Positions 1 to 13,320 of a stretch of 64,000 nt of DNA are shown here, piece by piece (the stretch's first letter is position 1; every line of letters begins with the position of its first letter). The notes under the pieces are model-generated. The model saw only the letters and a list, made by a program, of their open reading frames with translations. It searched no databases and was not told the DNA's origin. The position numbers and the translations under genes are program-made. Origin of the DNA: Eledone cirrhosa (taxonomy: Eukaryota); contig OZ024740.1 in the NCBI GenBank assembly GCA_964016885.1, positions 76,818,001 through 76,882,000 of the forward strand, read 5' to 3'.

Positions 1-222
1 AGGTAACAGAGCTTAATAGTTATGTAATAAACAACATAAGGCAATTATTCCATTTACCAGTGGTTTCTTAAAAGCAAAAAAATTTGCTTTCAATCATCAG
101 AATGAAAATATCCTGGTCTGTTTATTGAATTTGAATTTTAAAAAACAAAAAAAAAAAGCAAAATCTTTTGCTTTTAAGAAACCACTGGTAAATGGAATAA
201 TTGCCTTATGTTGTTTATTACA

Positions 223-226
<4 letters not shown>

Positions 227-280
<54 letters not shown>
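227..280. repeat. (TA)n microsatellite
   Basis: Perfect TA dinucleotide run; similar runs recur throughout the window (e.g. 8001-8100, 11574-11645, 30672-30855, 48830-49189, 56450-56680). Confidence 0.98.
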
Positions 281-282
<2 letters not shown>

Positions 283-373
283 AAAAGAATCAGGACCCCG
301 ACGGCTGAGCTCTGGCCTTTTCGACAACTAGATCCAAACTCAGTTCGGATCTAGCTGTCGAAACGGCCGGAGC
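281..373. mobile_element. Fold-back fragment of short TA-associated element family A
   Basis: GACCCCGACGGCTGAGCTC..CC.TTTCGAC shared with 11644-11860, 49431-49609 and 56308-56430; internal inverted repeat 309-330/332-372. Confidence 0.7.
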
Positions 374-399
374 AGAGAGTCCAGATGTGTCATTGATGT

Positions 400-800
400 T
401 GTGTGGTGTGTGCACATGGACTGCATTTCACGTGTGCGTATTATTTCCTCTGTGTGTGTGTGCGTGTGTGTGCTTGATTTGTGTACATTTAATGAAAGTA
501 TGTGCTGTGTGGGTATCTACGAGTGTCTGCAAATATGTAGTATTCTGTGTGTGTACATGTGCGCGTGTTTATGTAAGAGTGTGTGTGTGTTAGAATTTGT
601 TATGCATGTTTGTGTGCGTGTGTGTACTAGTGTATGTGTACATGTTTGTGTGTGTGTGTGTGTGTGTACATACATACATATATATATATGTGTGTATGTG
701 TGTGTTTGTGTGTGTGTGTATCTGCGTGCGTGTGTGTGTCCGTTTATGTGTGTGTGTGTGTGTGTGTGTGTGTCTGCATGCGCGCGTGTGTGTCTGTGTG
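400..800. repeat. Degenerate (TG)n microsatellite
   Basis: TG-rich low complexity; explains the VCVC/HTHT ORFs. Confidence 0.95.
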
Positions 801-1069
801 TCTGCAGCTGTTCGTTGAGATATAACACCAAAATATAAACACAAAAAAAGAAACCCGAAGAAAAAGGCAAATGTTGACCAAGAAAAGGTGACAACGATAA
901 TGATGTCGTTGACAAAGTCAACGACAATGACGACGACCAAGATGATGATGCTGATGGAGATGATAGTTATGATGATGTTGATAGTTAGAGCTACTAATCT
1001 TGCAACCAAACAGCTATATAGTATAACATATAGTATAATAGATGAGGTTAAACTAATTAAAGACAACGA

Positions 1070-1602
1070 AATAATTGTTTCTACTTTAGGCACAAGGCCA
1101 GCAATTACCAGTGCATTACTGGTACTTTATTTTATCGATCCCGTAAGGATGAAAAGCAAAGTTAACCTCGGCGGGATTTGAACGCAAACCATAAAGGGCC
1201 GTAACTCTTTACTGCAAAGCATGGTGTTCGACCCTCTACCGATACTGCCTAATAATGGTTTCTGATTTAGGCACAAGGCTAACAATATTTGGTGGTAGAG
1301 TACCTCAATGCGTTACTGGTACTTTATTTTATCGACCCAGTAAGGATGAAAGTCAAAGCTAAACTCGGCAGGATTTGAACTCAGAATGGAAAAGACCGTA
1401 ACTATATGTAGCTAAGCATGTTGTCCGAAGCTCTACCGATTCTGTCAATCCAGCCACCCTCTAAATAATAATTGCTTTTACTGGCCACTTTAGAGACGCT
1501 AAAAGGGTTTACCTCGGCGCGATTTGAATTCAGAATGGCAAGGGCCGTAACTCTATGCGTCAGATCACGGCGTCCGACCCTCTACCGATACTGCCAATCC
1601 AC
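1070..1602 (-). mobile_element. Three adjacent tRNA-derived Deu/Nin-domain SINE copies (about 1070-1250, 1255-1460, partial 1505-1602)
   Basis: Reverse complement shows A box TGGCAGTATCGG, B box GTTCAAATCC, core CTTTCATCCTTACGGGGTCGATAAAATAAAGTACCAG and an (ATT)n-type tail. Confidence 0.9.
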
Positions 1603-1842
1603 CAGTAGAAGCAGAAAACAAATGGAATAGAAGGAAGGTTGAATGTTAAACAGAACTTGCAAAGAAAAGCAAAGGAACAAAACATTAAAAACGCGCCTCT
1701 AAATCCTTAAAACAACAAAAACAACAACTACTACGACAATATTCAATATCAACAACAATATCAAACTTAAACAGTAACAACAGCAATAACAACTACAACA
1801 ACAGCAACATTAACGTCAATAACTACAGCAACAGCGACCACA

Positions 1843-2052
1843 ATTGTTCCTACCTTAGGCACAAGGCCAGCAGTTTGAAGAGGAGGGGAAAGTCGATTAA
1901 ATTGACTCCAGTGTATTACTGGTACTTTATTTTATTGCTCCGTAAGGATGATAGGCAAAGTTAACCTCGGCAGGATTTGAATTCAGATCGTATGGGGCCA
2001 TAACTCTATGCTGAAAGCATGGTGTCCGACACTCTACCAATTCTGCCAATCC
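1843..2052 (-). mobile_element. Deu/Nin-domain SINE (longer variant)
   Basis: Same A/B boxes and core; extra GGGGAAAGTCGATTAAAT segment. Confidence 0.88.
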
Positions 2053-2330
2053 AGCAACAGCAACCACAATAGCAACAACAACATCAACAAAAACAATAAC
2101 ATCAACAATAACAGTAATATCACCATCACCAACAACAATAACAACAACTGCAATATCACCAACATCAACAACAACAACAACGACATCAACAACAACAGCA
2201 ATATCATCCTCAACAGCAACAATAACAGCAACAATAACAACAACAATAACAGCACCAGCAATAGCGTCAGCAACTACAACATCAACAACAACAATATCAC
2301 CACCAACAACTACAACAATAACCACAACAA
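2053..2330. repeat. (AAC)n degenerate trinucleotide repeat
   Basis: AAC/AAT/AGC runs. Confidence 0.95.
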
Positions 2331-2519
2331 TAATTTAAGCCTATCTACCAGTGATAACGTATTATCTGATCAAAACTCAACAGTTTGACATTAGCAATCC
2401 GCAGTTGGCGCCAACCTAACCGGATGTGACCTACTTTTAAATGCTCTTTTCCTTACCCCTTGCTCCTTCTTTCTTACTCCTCCACCCCCTTCTCCTCCTG
2501 CTCCTATAACTCCAACTAC

Positions 2520-2589
2520 TAGTAATAGTAGTAGTAGTAGTTTCAGTAGTAGTAGTAGTAGTGGTGGTGGTGGTGGCGGTAGTAGTAGT

Positions 2590-2632
<43 letters not shown>

Positions 2633-2656
2633 GGTGGTGGTGGTGGTGGCGGTAGT

Positions 2657-2705
<49 letters not shown>

Positions 2706-2710
2706 CAGTA
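2520..2710. repeat. (TAG)n/(GGT)n microsatellite
   Basis: Direct observation. Confidence 0.95.
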
Positions 2711-3299
2711 ATGCATTGCCTTTCTCGCCCCCTACTACCACCACTTCACTCATTCACATCACCCTTTCCTCCTCTTTACTCCCTCTCCCGCTATCCTATC
2801 TCTCTCTCTCTCTCGCTCTCTCACTCTCTCTCTCTCTTTTGTTTCAGGTTTCATTTTTAGAACATCTCTTTTCCGCTCATTCAACTATTACTACCAGCCC
2901 CTCCCAGATTGTCTCTCCATGTTTCAGCTACCCTCTCACTTTTTCCTGCTTCTTTCTTTCCACCCCATGTCTCCCTGTTCCTCTACAGGTTTTCCCCAAC
3001 ATGTTTGATTTTTTGTTCCTCACTCCCTCACTAAACTTCTCACTTTTAATGCTATCTTTTCTCTTTCCCCGTCCTCCCGCCATTCTTCACATCTTTCTTT
3101 ATCTCGTTCAATCTCATTCTCTCTCCCTCTCTCATCTTCTAAATCCTCTTGTCTCTCCATGTCGCTTTCCTCTTCTCTCTGTTCCTTACGAACACTTTAC
3201 TCATTATAGTTTACCACCTCACCACCTACCTACACCTATTTGTTTACTCACCCGTGTAATTTACCTCACCTATACCTAAGTTTATTTAACAGGCGAGCC

Positions 3300-4270
3300 T
3301 AATTCATCTCATCTTACAGATCTTGATACCTGCGTCCAGCATGGTACAGAGGTGATATGCACCATCCAGTTCGGGCACACCAGTTGACAATAAGCCAGCT
3401 TACCGTCAGATACGGAGCTCTTAGTCATCGGTCCACAGTTTCATTTGTATTGCTAACACTTCGTTTATTATTGACATGTGTCGCACTTTCACAATATTTT
3501 CCACAACACTTCAAAGCCTACTGCGATCAGGGAACTCAAGCTAATTTACCTGACTTGGTCTCCACTCTGTGTGCGTCTAAATTCCTCAAATAAAATGGAA
3601 AGTAGCTCAGAGTTACAAAGCTTGTTTCAGCTCCACCTCCTAGCCCTATGGCTGTGCCTGGCTCAGTATTTTCTGAGGTTCGATCTCCAGATCTGAGAGT
3701 AACACAGATGCCATTGCGGATCCATGGTAGACACTTTCGTCATTAATCTGCTGTCATGCCGCCTCAGAGCCTCCCAGTGCATATCTCTTTCACCAGGATC
3801 AAGCATGACTTGAATACTGCTGGTTTATCATCGTGGCTCAAACTGATGGGATTAGACCCAGTTATCGTCGAATGGTCAGATGCCATCATAATCTTCAGAA
3901 TCTGCAGAATCTTCAGAATCTTCCCGTCATCTGGGATGCGACATGCAGTTCCACTTTCTCCAGCAGCAATCTCGTGAATACAGCGTCAGTCTTCAATTTC
4001 GTTACCAGAAAAGCTGAAGACCACAAACAGTTGAACTGCCGGTCTTTTTCCAACAGGTTTTTATCACCGAACATACAGTAGTCGAAATTTCTGTACTCTG
4101 CGTTTTCGGAACTTATCACTATTCACTGCTAAGGGAAGGATCTGGCAACCCCACGAGTGAGTTATAATGGCTCTTTCAAAACATCTCCTTTGCTATCCTC
4201 CTCTAAAGTAAAGCCTTTTCAATTCTGTCGGCTGGAACAATGAAGCAACATCCACTTGAGGTCCTGTAGG
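3300..4270 (-). other. GC-richer decayed coding-like segment, possibly a Gypsy-type gag remnant
   Basis: Higher complexity and GC than flanks; only weak resemblance of SDLEIEPQKILSQ to the gag LGDRKPSQLL motif. Confidence 0.2.
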
Positions 4271-4504
4271 TTAGAGAGGCGGAACAAACGGACGAAACAA
4301 CAACATATATAACATAAACAATACCATCAACAGCAACATTAACAATAATGTCATTAACAACAACAAACATACGGTCGACACAACAACAATAACTATAACA
4401 ATAACATCCTCAATCACAACAATACTAATAACACTAACAAATGCAATTCCAACCACAAAATGACAACATTAATAACAGCAACAGCAGCAGTAACAAGAAT
4501 AATA

Positions 4505-4897
4505 ATAATTGTTTCTACTTTTGGCACAAGGCCAGCAATTACCCAGTACATTACTGGTACTTTATTGTATCGACCCCGTAAGGATGAAAGGCAAAGTTGA
4601 CCTCGGCGGGATTTGAACTCAGAATGGAAAGGGCCGTAACTCTATGCGTCAAAGCATGGCGTCCGACTCTCTACCGGTACTGCCAATCCACCGCCCTAGA
4701 CAATAATAATTGTTTCTACTTTATGCACAAGGCCAGCAATTACCCAGTGCATTACTGGTACTTTATTTTATCGACCCCGTAAGGATGAAAGGCAAAGTTA
4801 ACCTCGGCGGGATTTGAACTCAAACCGTAAAGGGGCGTAACTCAATACTGCAAAGAATGGCATCTGACCCTCTACCGATACTGCCAATCCATCGCCC
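4505..4897 (-). mobile_element. Two head-to-tail Deu/Nin SINE copies (4505-4697, 4703-4897)
   Basis: Near-identical copies with A/B boxes, core and (AAT)n tails. Confidence 0.93.
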
Positions 4898-5113
4898 TTC
4901 TGTAGACAGTAATAATAATAATATCAAACATAAACAACAACAGCAACAAATACTAATCACAACAATACTAACAACACCGCCAACAGAAATTACCAGCCAC
5001 AGCACTAAAAGCCACAATAACAACAACAACGCAACAAAACAAATAGCCAGAACACCAATTAGAACAACAGACAGTAACATAATATGAATAAGGACATCAT
5101 AAACGACATTCAC

Positions 5114-5246
5114 CCCTTCTTCATTTGCCACAGGGTCAAATGTATAAACACCATAAAGACGAAGCAATCCGAGAGCCTCAAATGTCATTAAATGACCCAT
5201 TAGAAATGGATGTGTAAAATACGTTGAATACTGTATAGCCATGTGA
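5114..5246 (-). CDS. Candidate internal exon of an unidentified host gene (HMAIQYSTYFTHPFLMGHLMTFEALGLLRLYGVYTFDPVANEEG)
   Basis: Open frame with protein-like composition; acceptor ttcatcccttcttcccaacAG and donor GG/GTGAAT on minus strand. Confidence 0.4.
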
Positions 5247-5964
5247 CTGTTGGGAAGAAGGGATGAAGTTAATCTCAGGTTGGAGACCTAGTCTGAATGC
5301 TTGTAATAGGGTAGAATACTTTAATGGCTTCCAATCGTCAGAGAAGTAAACAAAAACAGATGGTCATGCCTGGAACGCCTTAAGTTATAGATCTACCCAA
5401 ATTACGGTTGAGCTAGGACTAAATCAACTTTAACAAACAACAAGAAATAAACCAGCTAGGGAACGCCCGACGTGCTGGAAATAGCAACGAAAACTCCCGT
5501 AAATCACACCCAACCACCAGAAAAAAAACACAAAAATACATCGAATAACATGATCTATGTCTGAAAAATGGTGGGGGTGGGGCGAGGACTGACGTGCTTT
5601 TTATCATAGGTCAGTTGGAGAAGAGTTGTCCTGGGGCTAAATAATAATGACAACAAACCAAATATCTGACCTGTCAATTCTCCCCGTCGGACGTGGGAGA
5701 TTTCCCATTCACTTTGGGGTGGGTGAGAGATGTCTTCTCTTGTGAAAATGGCTATAGCATTCATTATGTAAAATCTCCCCATTTTTCTTCATTTCTCCCC
5801 GTTTTGGGGCACTTATTTTTCATGGTACAACCAGTTTGGATTTTTAGAAGTTTGAAGGTCTGAAATATGTATATAATAGTTAGTTCAGTGGCTTTAATGA
5901 ATAGACATCGATTGCATAGGTTCAGATTGGAATAAATACTGGGGACGATTGGAATAAATACTTG

Positions 5965-6320
5965 GAAGGCACATGGCTTAGTGGTTAGAGCATTGGGCTT
6001 GCAATCAAAAGATTGTGAGTTCAATTCTCAGACCGGGTGATGTGTTGTTTCCTTGAGCAAGACACTTCATTTCACATTGCTCCAGTTTACTCAGCTGTAG
6101 AAATGAGATGATATGACTGGGGTCCCTATCATTCCACTGCAAAGTGGTCGTGGAGGTGCCATGGCAAAAAAGATCCAGCCCACACTGTAAAGTGGACGTG
6201 TAGGCGCCACTGTAAATGAGGTTGGCGTTAGGAAGGGCATCCAGCTGTAAAAATCAAGCCAGAATCAGTTCCCGTCCCACCCTTGCAAGCAGGGAAAAGC
6301 GGACTGATGATGATGATGAT
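5965..6320 (+). mobile_element. tRNA-derived SINE, second family
   Basis: A box TGGCTTAGTGG, B box GTTCAATTC, CCTTGAGCAAGACACTT, GTTGGCGTTAGGAAGGGCATCCAGCTGTAAAA and a (GAT)n tail. Confidence 0.8.
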
Positions 6321-7631
6321 ATAATATATCAAAAAATGTTGAAGGAACCTCGTGAAAGTAAAGAAAATGAAAAAATATGTGTGCGTTTTAAATGAATTCA
6401 CATTTCTGTTCTTTATTTTGTAGAAAATCAAAACCAAAATGGATCCATAGAGTATGTGAACCTAATTGGAATCGAATTCTCGTCTGGCTCTCTAACACTA
6501 AATATTTATAAAGAATTTATCTGACAAATCTCTTGTTAACCCTTTTATACATCTACACGTAGAACCAACTTTTTTTTTTGTAATAGCCTATTCTTTTTAG
6601 TTTTGTTCATAACCCACATATATATTTATATAATATTTTACACATAGAATTTTGAAAATGTCCGAGGCCCATGAAGAAAACCTCATTGACACATCTCTTG
6701 TCGACCACTGGCATACATAGTAAGTCTGTGGTCGTTGATTCAGATGTATACTTATCTATGAATAGATTTTTACATTTTGTGAATATTTTACTAGCTTTCG
6801 TGAATGATACATTGATAGAATCATTAGTCCATTAGACAAAATACTTTGCGGCATGTGTTTCGACTCTTTCAAATCCCGTCGAAGGTCACTTTGCCTTTCA
6901 TCCTTCTGAAATCGATGAAATAAAGTACTAGTCCAATACAATCCCAGTAACCTTCCATCCTTGACCTGTACTTTATTTATCGACACAAAAAAATGAAGGA
7001 CGAATTGAATCTTGGCTAAATTTAAACATAGAACCCACTAGAGTCATAGGATGACTGTATTGTCTAGTGACTATACAATACAGTCATCCTATGTTAGAGC
7101 CCAATATGTAGAGCATAACCTACAACTAATTTGAATAAGCTATAGAGCAACAGACTAAACCTCTTACCATATTTAATTTCATTTGTGGTCTGATTTCATA
7201 TCACTTGACAGACAAATTTGCTTTTAGTTACTTCAGTAACTGTTTACTTGTGTATTCTGTAGGAGTATGATTATATGTATATATAATTTCTTACCATCAT
7301 AGATATGTTACTTATTTTAATAGAACTAATAAACACAATCGTAATTAATTTTACTCGATCATGTTATTTGTGAATATAATCATACCAATGTAATTATGCC
7401 CTATACTTATCATATTGTACATACCATTATAAATATAACCTAGGCTAAAGATAGCCGTTCACGATAACAACAAAAAGTTGTTTTTTTATTGTTTGCTTGT
7501 ATGTTAAGTATATAATTCGTATCTTAAATCAAATTTATACATAAAATGTCTTTCTTTCGCGGCAGAACTGTTCTGTTTGAGAACGAGTCGAAGGTGACGA
7601 ATAGCGATACAGCCACCAGATACTGTCGTGA

Positions 7632-7715
7632 CTTGCCACACAGATTGACAGCAAACCTAGGAACGTAGTATATAGCATAAGATGTATCGAGGGACAGTGT
7701 AGGAATAAGAACACA
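7632..7715 (+). pseudogene. Penelope-like GIY-YIG endonuclease fragment
   Basis: Translates LATQIDSKPRNVVYSIRCIEGQCRNKNT, aligning with LSPHINCKTRNVVYSIRCTEGQCRDKNI at about 50258-50341. Confidence 0.8.
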
Positions 7716-7796
7716 ACTTTTTTAGGGGAGACAACCGCAGCATAAGAGAAAGGATAAATGAATCCTGGTGAAAACTCCTAGATGCACAGTTCGTAG

Positions 7797-8148
<352 letters not shown>

Positions 8149-8150
8149 AT

Positions 8151-8605
8151 AGGGCGGGTCAAATTCCCGAGTTCCAAGGACGAGTTCTCTCCAGCGGTCT
8201 ATGTCTCTAATAATCGCTGCCATGTCCTGCGTCTCCAAGAGACCGGTATCTGTCCTTAGGGCATCAACATATGTTAACCTCGGTCTCCCTCTTCTAGTGT
8301 GTCCGTGCAGGGGTTCCCAAAGGAGCACTGAGTGCAGTGTAAACTCTGGATGTCGGTGAGCATGTCCAGCTAACCTCAGTCTCCTCTGTGTTACTTTCGA
8401 GCCGACTTTTGGATGGCTCCCGTACAGCTCTGAGTTCTTCGTCCTCAGTGTATACTGATTAATGTTCAGAGCCATCCTCAGCATTCTCATGTTGCACCCA
8501 TCCACCATCTAAGTGAGTTTCTTGGTCAGTGTCCAAGTTTCAGACCCGTACAGCAGCACAGACTCCACTGCAGCAACGAAGAGACGGATCTTCAGGTCTT
8601 TACAA
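8151..8605 (-). mobile_element. RTE-clade LINE 3' fragment (C-terminus of the RT ORF)
   Basis: VESVLLYGSETWTLT...RRLRLAGHAHRHPE...WEPLHG..RGRPRLTYVD motifs; one in-frame stop. Confidence 0.88.
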
Positions 8606-8775
8606 GGTTCCAACTTACAACTTCCATATATATCACTGATTGAGCATCGTTACATAATAAAGGCAAACAGTGGAAGAAAATAACTATATGTCTACTCTGA
8701 AATTTTACATTACCTATTGAGTACGCTGAGATGTAACCGGTACTAGCAGTGAAACCCATGCTAGTCCCGTCTACT

Positions 8776-8811
<36 letters not shown>

Positions 8812-8816
<5 letters not shown>

Positions 8817-9025
8817 TGTATGTATAGTATATTTGGTAATATACCGTATGTTTAATTAAAAACATTTAGAAGACCAAAAAGAAGTAAGTGACATAGTCAC
8901 TACTTTAAAACTGATAGCGTAAGGTTTTCTAAATGTTTTTAATTAAACATAAGGTATATTGCCAAATATACTATACATACATTCATGTATACATCGCTAT
9001 TTCAGAGCACCAATCCTAATACATC
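8812..9025 (+). mobile_element. Family B copy with a 5' inverted arm
   Basis: Inverted arms 8812-8875/8923-8986; flanked by (TA)n on both sides. Confidence 0.72.
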
Positions 9026-9049
9026 ATATATATATATATATATATATAT

Positions 9050-9171
<122 letters not shown>

Positions 9172-9193
9172 CTATATATCATATTATATTATA

Positions 9194-9542
9194 GGCAGTA
9201 TCGGTAGAGGGTCGGACGCCATGCTTTGACGCATAGAGTTATGGCCCTTGCCATTCTGAGTTCAAATCCCGCCGAGGTTAACTTTGCCTTTCATCATTAC
9301 GGGGTCAATAAAATAAAGTACCAGTAATGTACTGGATAATTGCTGGCCTTGTGCCTAAAAGTAGAAACAATTATATTATATACATTAATGCTTTGCAGCA
9401 AAGAGTTACGACCCTTTATGGTCTGAGTTCAAATCCCGCCAAGGTTAACTTTGCTTTTTATCCTTACGGGGGTCGATAAAATAAAGTACCAGTAATGTAC
9501 TGGTTAATTGCTGGCCTTGTGCCAAAAAGTAGAAACAATTAT
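9194..9542 (+). mobile_element. Two tandem Deu/Nin SINE copies
   Basis: GGCAGTATCGG...GTTCAAATCC...GTCGATAAAATAAAGTACCAG...GTAGAAACAATTA twice (second copy 5' truncated). Confidence 0.92.
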
Positions 9543-10889
9543 ATTATATACATTAATAACCAGTATAACAAGAATGTCTCAGCTCTATAATATATTTACA
9601 ATAAGATTTTAAAAAAACTATGAAACAAATTATGAAATAATGAACTGCTCCAAGGATAATGGTAAACATCAGTTCCAGAGAGAAAAGACAGAGTCAACAC
9701 CTACTTAAAAAGTAACAAGTTTTTTACTTGAGATAAAGACAATCTATTGATAAAATGTTTATACTAACCTAATTTGTTTATATATATTTCTAGTTGTCGC
9801 TGAAACCCGTCGATATGTGGTATTTCATAATTGAATCTTAATTCCGTTTATATGATTAATTTAATACTTCGATAGAATTTCTTTCTTTAATTTCCTTTAT
9901 TTCAAAATGTCATCTTCATTTTTGTTTGTGAGTGAAGTATTAATAAAATATGTCTTAGTATAATTCTCTAGCTTGTGTCATCATTTGTAAAGACGAAATG
10001 GCTGGTTTCTTTAAACGTTCCTCCTTTAAATGTGGTTGTTATATATTTCGCCCCTAAGACCAGTTCAACTTGAATAACTAATTTGAATTCGAGTGACTAA
10101 TTCTGGAAGGTATGGCGCAAAACTTCAAATTTCTAAGGGCTACGGGATATATGAAAATTGTGAAAAATATTTTTAGAAAATAAAAAATTAAATATTCTAA
10201 AACACGCAGAATGTTTTTGTTGTGATATATTACAGCATTTTTAGATGTAATAAATTAAAAAATTCTCAAGAAGTTGCACACTTTGTAAACCTGAGGAAAA
10301 TGACCACGATTTTACATTTCTGTATATACACGTACAGTGAAAATCGCAGCAAAATTAAACATTAAAAAATCGTTTTTATTTTAACACAGAGTTCCTACTT
10401 TTTTCGTCCAATATAGCAGGGGCGGTGGAACTGGGGGCAGGGGGTATGCCTCCCTAATAATTATATTTGTATAAGGTAATTTTCCGAAATCCTGTTCCAA
10501 ATAACAAAAACACGGAGTGTGCAAAATTTCAGCTCAATTGGACCATTGTTAGGTGACCCTCAAACGCCTTGAAGTTGGAACATAGTATACGCAACGATTA
10601 ATTCTGTTCAAAAGCGGTATGCTGTTCCTATCTCGACCATTTTCTTTTTTCTTCTTGGAGAAATGTGTGGACACAACCAGGCAACCCCAGCAAATATTTT
10701 TAAATGTTCTGAATCAAATTTACCAATGATCAATTTGAAAAATTCCTGAAATAACATGAAAAGCTTAAGAAATATTAGGTTTTCTTAATAAAGCACACAA
10801 TTTCTATAAGAGAAACGCATTTTTATTTACAACAATAATTTCTATAGAATCAAAAACATAATGTGAACACTGAACACTGAATATTGAAC

Positions 10890-11330
10890 AGTATTTTTGC
10901 ATAAGAGTGGCAGTTGGGTATGTTTTACGGTTTTCGGTAACGATCTGTGAAACAAATTGTTTCTCAGTTTCATCTTTTGTGAGAATGCTATTCTAATCTA
11001 GAATGAGTTTGACACCTCTTTCTGAAACATCATTCACAACAACTGTCCTCTCAAGTTTTTCAAGTCCACTTGAGAAGACAGTTGTTGTGAATGAGTTTTT
11101 CAAGTCCACTTTTGTAATCAGGATCATCCTTCCACGTTGAAGGGTCTTTGTCGAGGAAATCGGTGCTAATAGAAAATCTTATGAAGAAAGTTTTTGTACC
11201 AGGAGTTACAAAAGACGAAATCTCGATGTTTACAAAGGAAGAAAGGTCATTTTTGGTGCAGAAAGTACCTTTTCAGTTGATTTTTTTTCTTCTTCCTTTT
11301 CTTCATCTTTGACTGCTTCCAGCATAACTT
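10890..11330 (-). pseudogene. DNA transposase C-terminal remnant (hAT/hATm-like)
   Basis: VVNDVSERGVKLILD*NSILTKDETEKQFVSQIVTENRKTYP matches the NDxAERGVKL motif. Confidence 0.7.
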
Positions 11331-11572
11331 AAGCAATATTTGCCTTAACCTCTCCTTGTTCTCCTTTTATCCTTGCTCCCCTTGCTCTCCTTTTCTCATT
11401 GCTCTCCTTGTTCTCCTTTTATCCTTGCTCTCCTTTTCTCATTATTCTCCCTTTGTCCTTGCCTTGCTCTCATTTTCTCCTTGCTCTCATTGTATCTATG
11501 TACTTGTTTATATACAAATACAATGAGAAAAGAGGTGCAGGGAGAAATATGAAAGCAAGGATAGTAAGGAGA

Positions 11573-11643
<71 letters not shown>

Positions 11644-11647
<4 letters not shown>

Positions 11648-11859
11648 AACGAGTAGGACCCCGACGGCTGAGCACAAGCCGTTTCGACGGCTAATTCTGG
11701 ACTGAATTAGCCGTCGAAATTCAGTCCAGAATTAGCCGTCGAAACGGCTTGAGCTCAGCCGTCGGGATCCTACTCGTTCCTATTACCCACTCTACTACCC
11801 TAAGTATTGAGTACTTTGGTGCGTTATAGTCCACCTGGTTCCTTACCACATTTCCTTCG

Positions 11860-11861
<2 letters not shown>
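11644..11861 (+). mobile_element. Family A element with a 5' inverted arm and hammerhead 3' half
   Basis: Arms 11644-11708/11718-11782; GAAA-CGGCTTGAGCTCAGCCG-TC/GGGA at 11741-11767; TA runs on both sides. Confidence 0.8.
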
Positions 11862-11915
<54 letters not shown>

Positions 11916-11983
11916 TATATTTATTACTCAATACCGAGTACTCCTTTCTCTCAGCTGTCACCCACATACGGATATATGTATAT

Positions 11984-12374
11984 TTGGGTGGCCCTTAGCA
12001 ATAGGTAGTTTTTCGAAAGTAAAAATGTTTGTTGCTCCCACAGCGGAAAATAGGTGTTTGCCCTACACCTGCGCTCTGTCCCCAGCTTTGCAAGTTGCCT
12101 TCCCCATTATATTTATTGTCACTTATCCTTCTAATACCAAGAATAAGTTTGAACAAGTTTTTAATTTAAGAGAAAATTAAATAAGAGATAAACATTTTTT
12201 ATCTGAAAAGATGACTTTCCGGGCGAAAACTTCAAAATTTCACGGTCGATGAGGGTCGCCTTGCATTTGTCCGCTTGAACTAAAATTTTGCATGGATGAG
12301 TGCTTTATTAACTGAAATAAGATAGGGGGGAGGGGGCTAAAGGTTTAGAAAGTTGAAAAATAAGGGCCACCCTA
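11984..12374. mobile_element. MITE with TIR T(A/T)GGGTGGCCCTTA (hATm-like)
   Basis: TTGGGTGGCCCTTA ... TAAGGGCCACCCTA; degenerate 8-bp TSD ATGTATAT/ATCTACAT. Confidence 0.7.
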
Positions 12375-12399
12375 ATCTACATGTTATATAGCGATAGAT

Positions 12400-13320
12400 G
12401 AAAGCGATAGATATAGATATAGAGAAGGAGAGAATTTGGTGGTAATTGATATAGAGAGGAAGGTTGAGAGAGTGTGTTGTATATTAGATATAGAGAGGGG
12501 GAGAGTTTGGTGGTAATAAATAGAGTGATAGGATTGATAGAGATAAGTATTGATAGATATAGAAGGGGGAGAATTTAGTAGTGAAGGATATGAGGGAAAG
12601 AGAGATTGTTGTTTGTAGATATAGAGAGCGAGTTAGTTTGGTGTTGATTGATCAACAGAGAGGGATTGGGAGAGAGTGTTGTATGTTAGAGAGGGGGAGA
12701 ATTTGGTATTGATGGATAGAATGAGAGTGAATGTTGTATGGTAGATATAGAGAGGGGTGCAGTTTGGTGGTAATTGATATAGAGAAGCGGATTGGAAGAG
12801 AGAGTGTCGCGTAGTAGATATAGAGAGGGGTAGATTTCAATGCTCTTAGTTATGATGAGGGTGTTGGGAGAGATTAATATTGCTAAATATATAGAGGGGG
12901 GACTGGATGAGGTATTGTTTTATAAGATATGGAGGAGGGTAGTTTGTGATGGATAGAGAGAGAACTATTACGACAAAGAGTGATAGAAATGGCGAGGGGA
13001 GAGTTTCGAGATAATTTTCATAAAGAGGGACATTGGGAGAGTTTGTATGTTAGATATAGAGAGGGGGGATTTGCTGGTTGTAGATATAGAGAGACGGGGA
13101 GTTTAGGGGTTATTGATATAGAGAGAGGGTTTGGGAGAGATAAGTGTGTGTAGATATTTAGAGAGAGGGGTGAGTGTATTAGTGTTAGATATATAGAGGG
13201 GGTTAAGAGAGTCGGTGTCGTGGTAGATATAGAAAGGGGGAGAGTTTGGTTTTAGTAGATACAGAGAGGGGATTAAAAGAGAGTTTTGTGTGATAGACAG
13301 AGAGGAGGAGAGTTTCGTGG
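12400..13320. repeat. Degenerate purine-rich minisatellite (AGATATAGAGAGGGGGAGAGTTTGG-like units)
   Basis: Recurrent GATATAGAGAGGG motif roughly every 30-40 bp. Confidence 0.8.

Noticed and set aside
4505-4897. tRNA genes
   Set aside because: A/B boxes belong to SINE heads; no complete cloverleaf.
9725-9815. GAAACCCGTC with upstream GACAA/TTGTC pairing
   Set aside because: No recognisable core; too degenerate to call.
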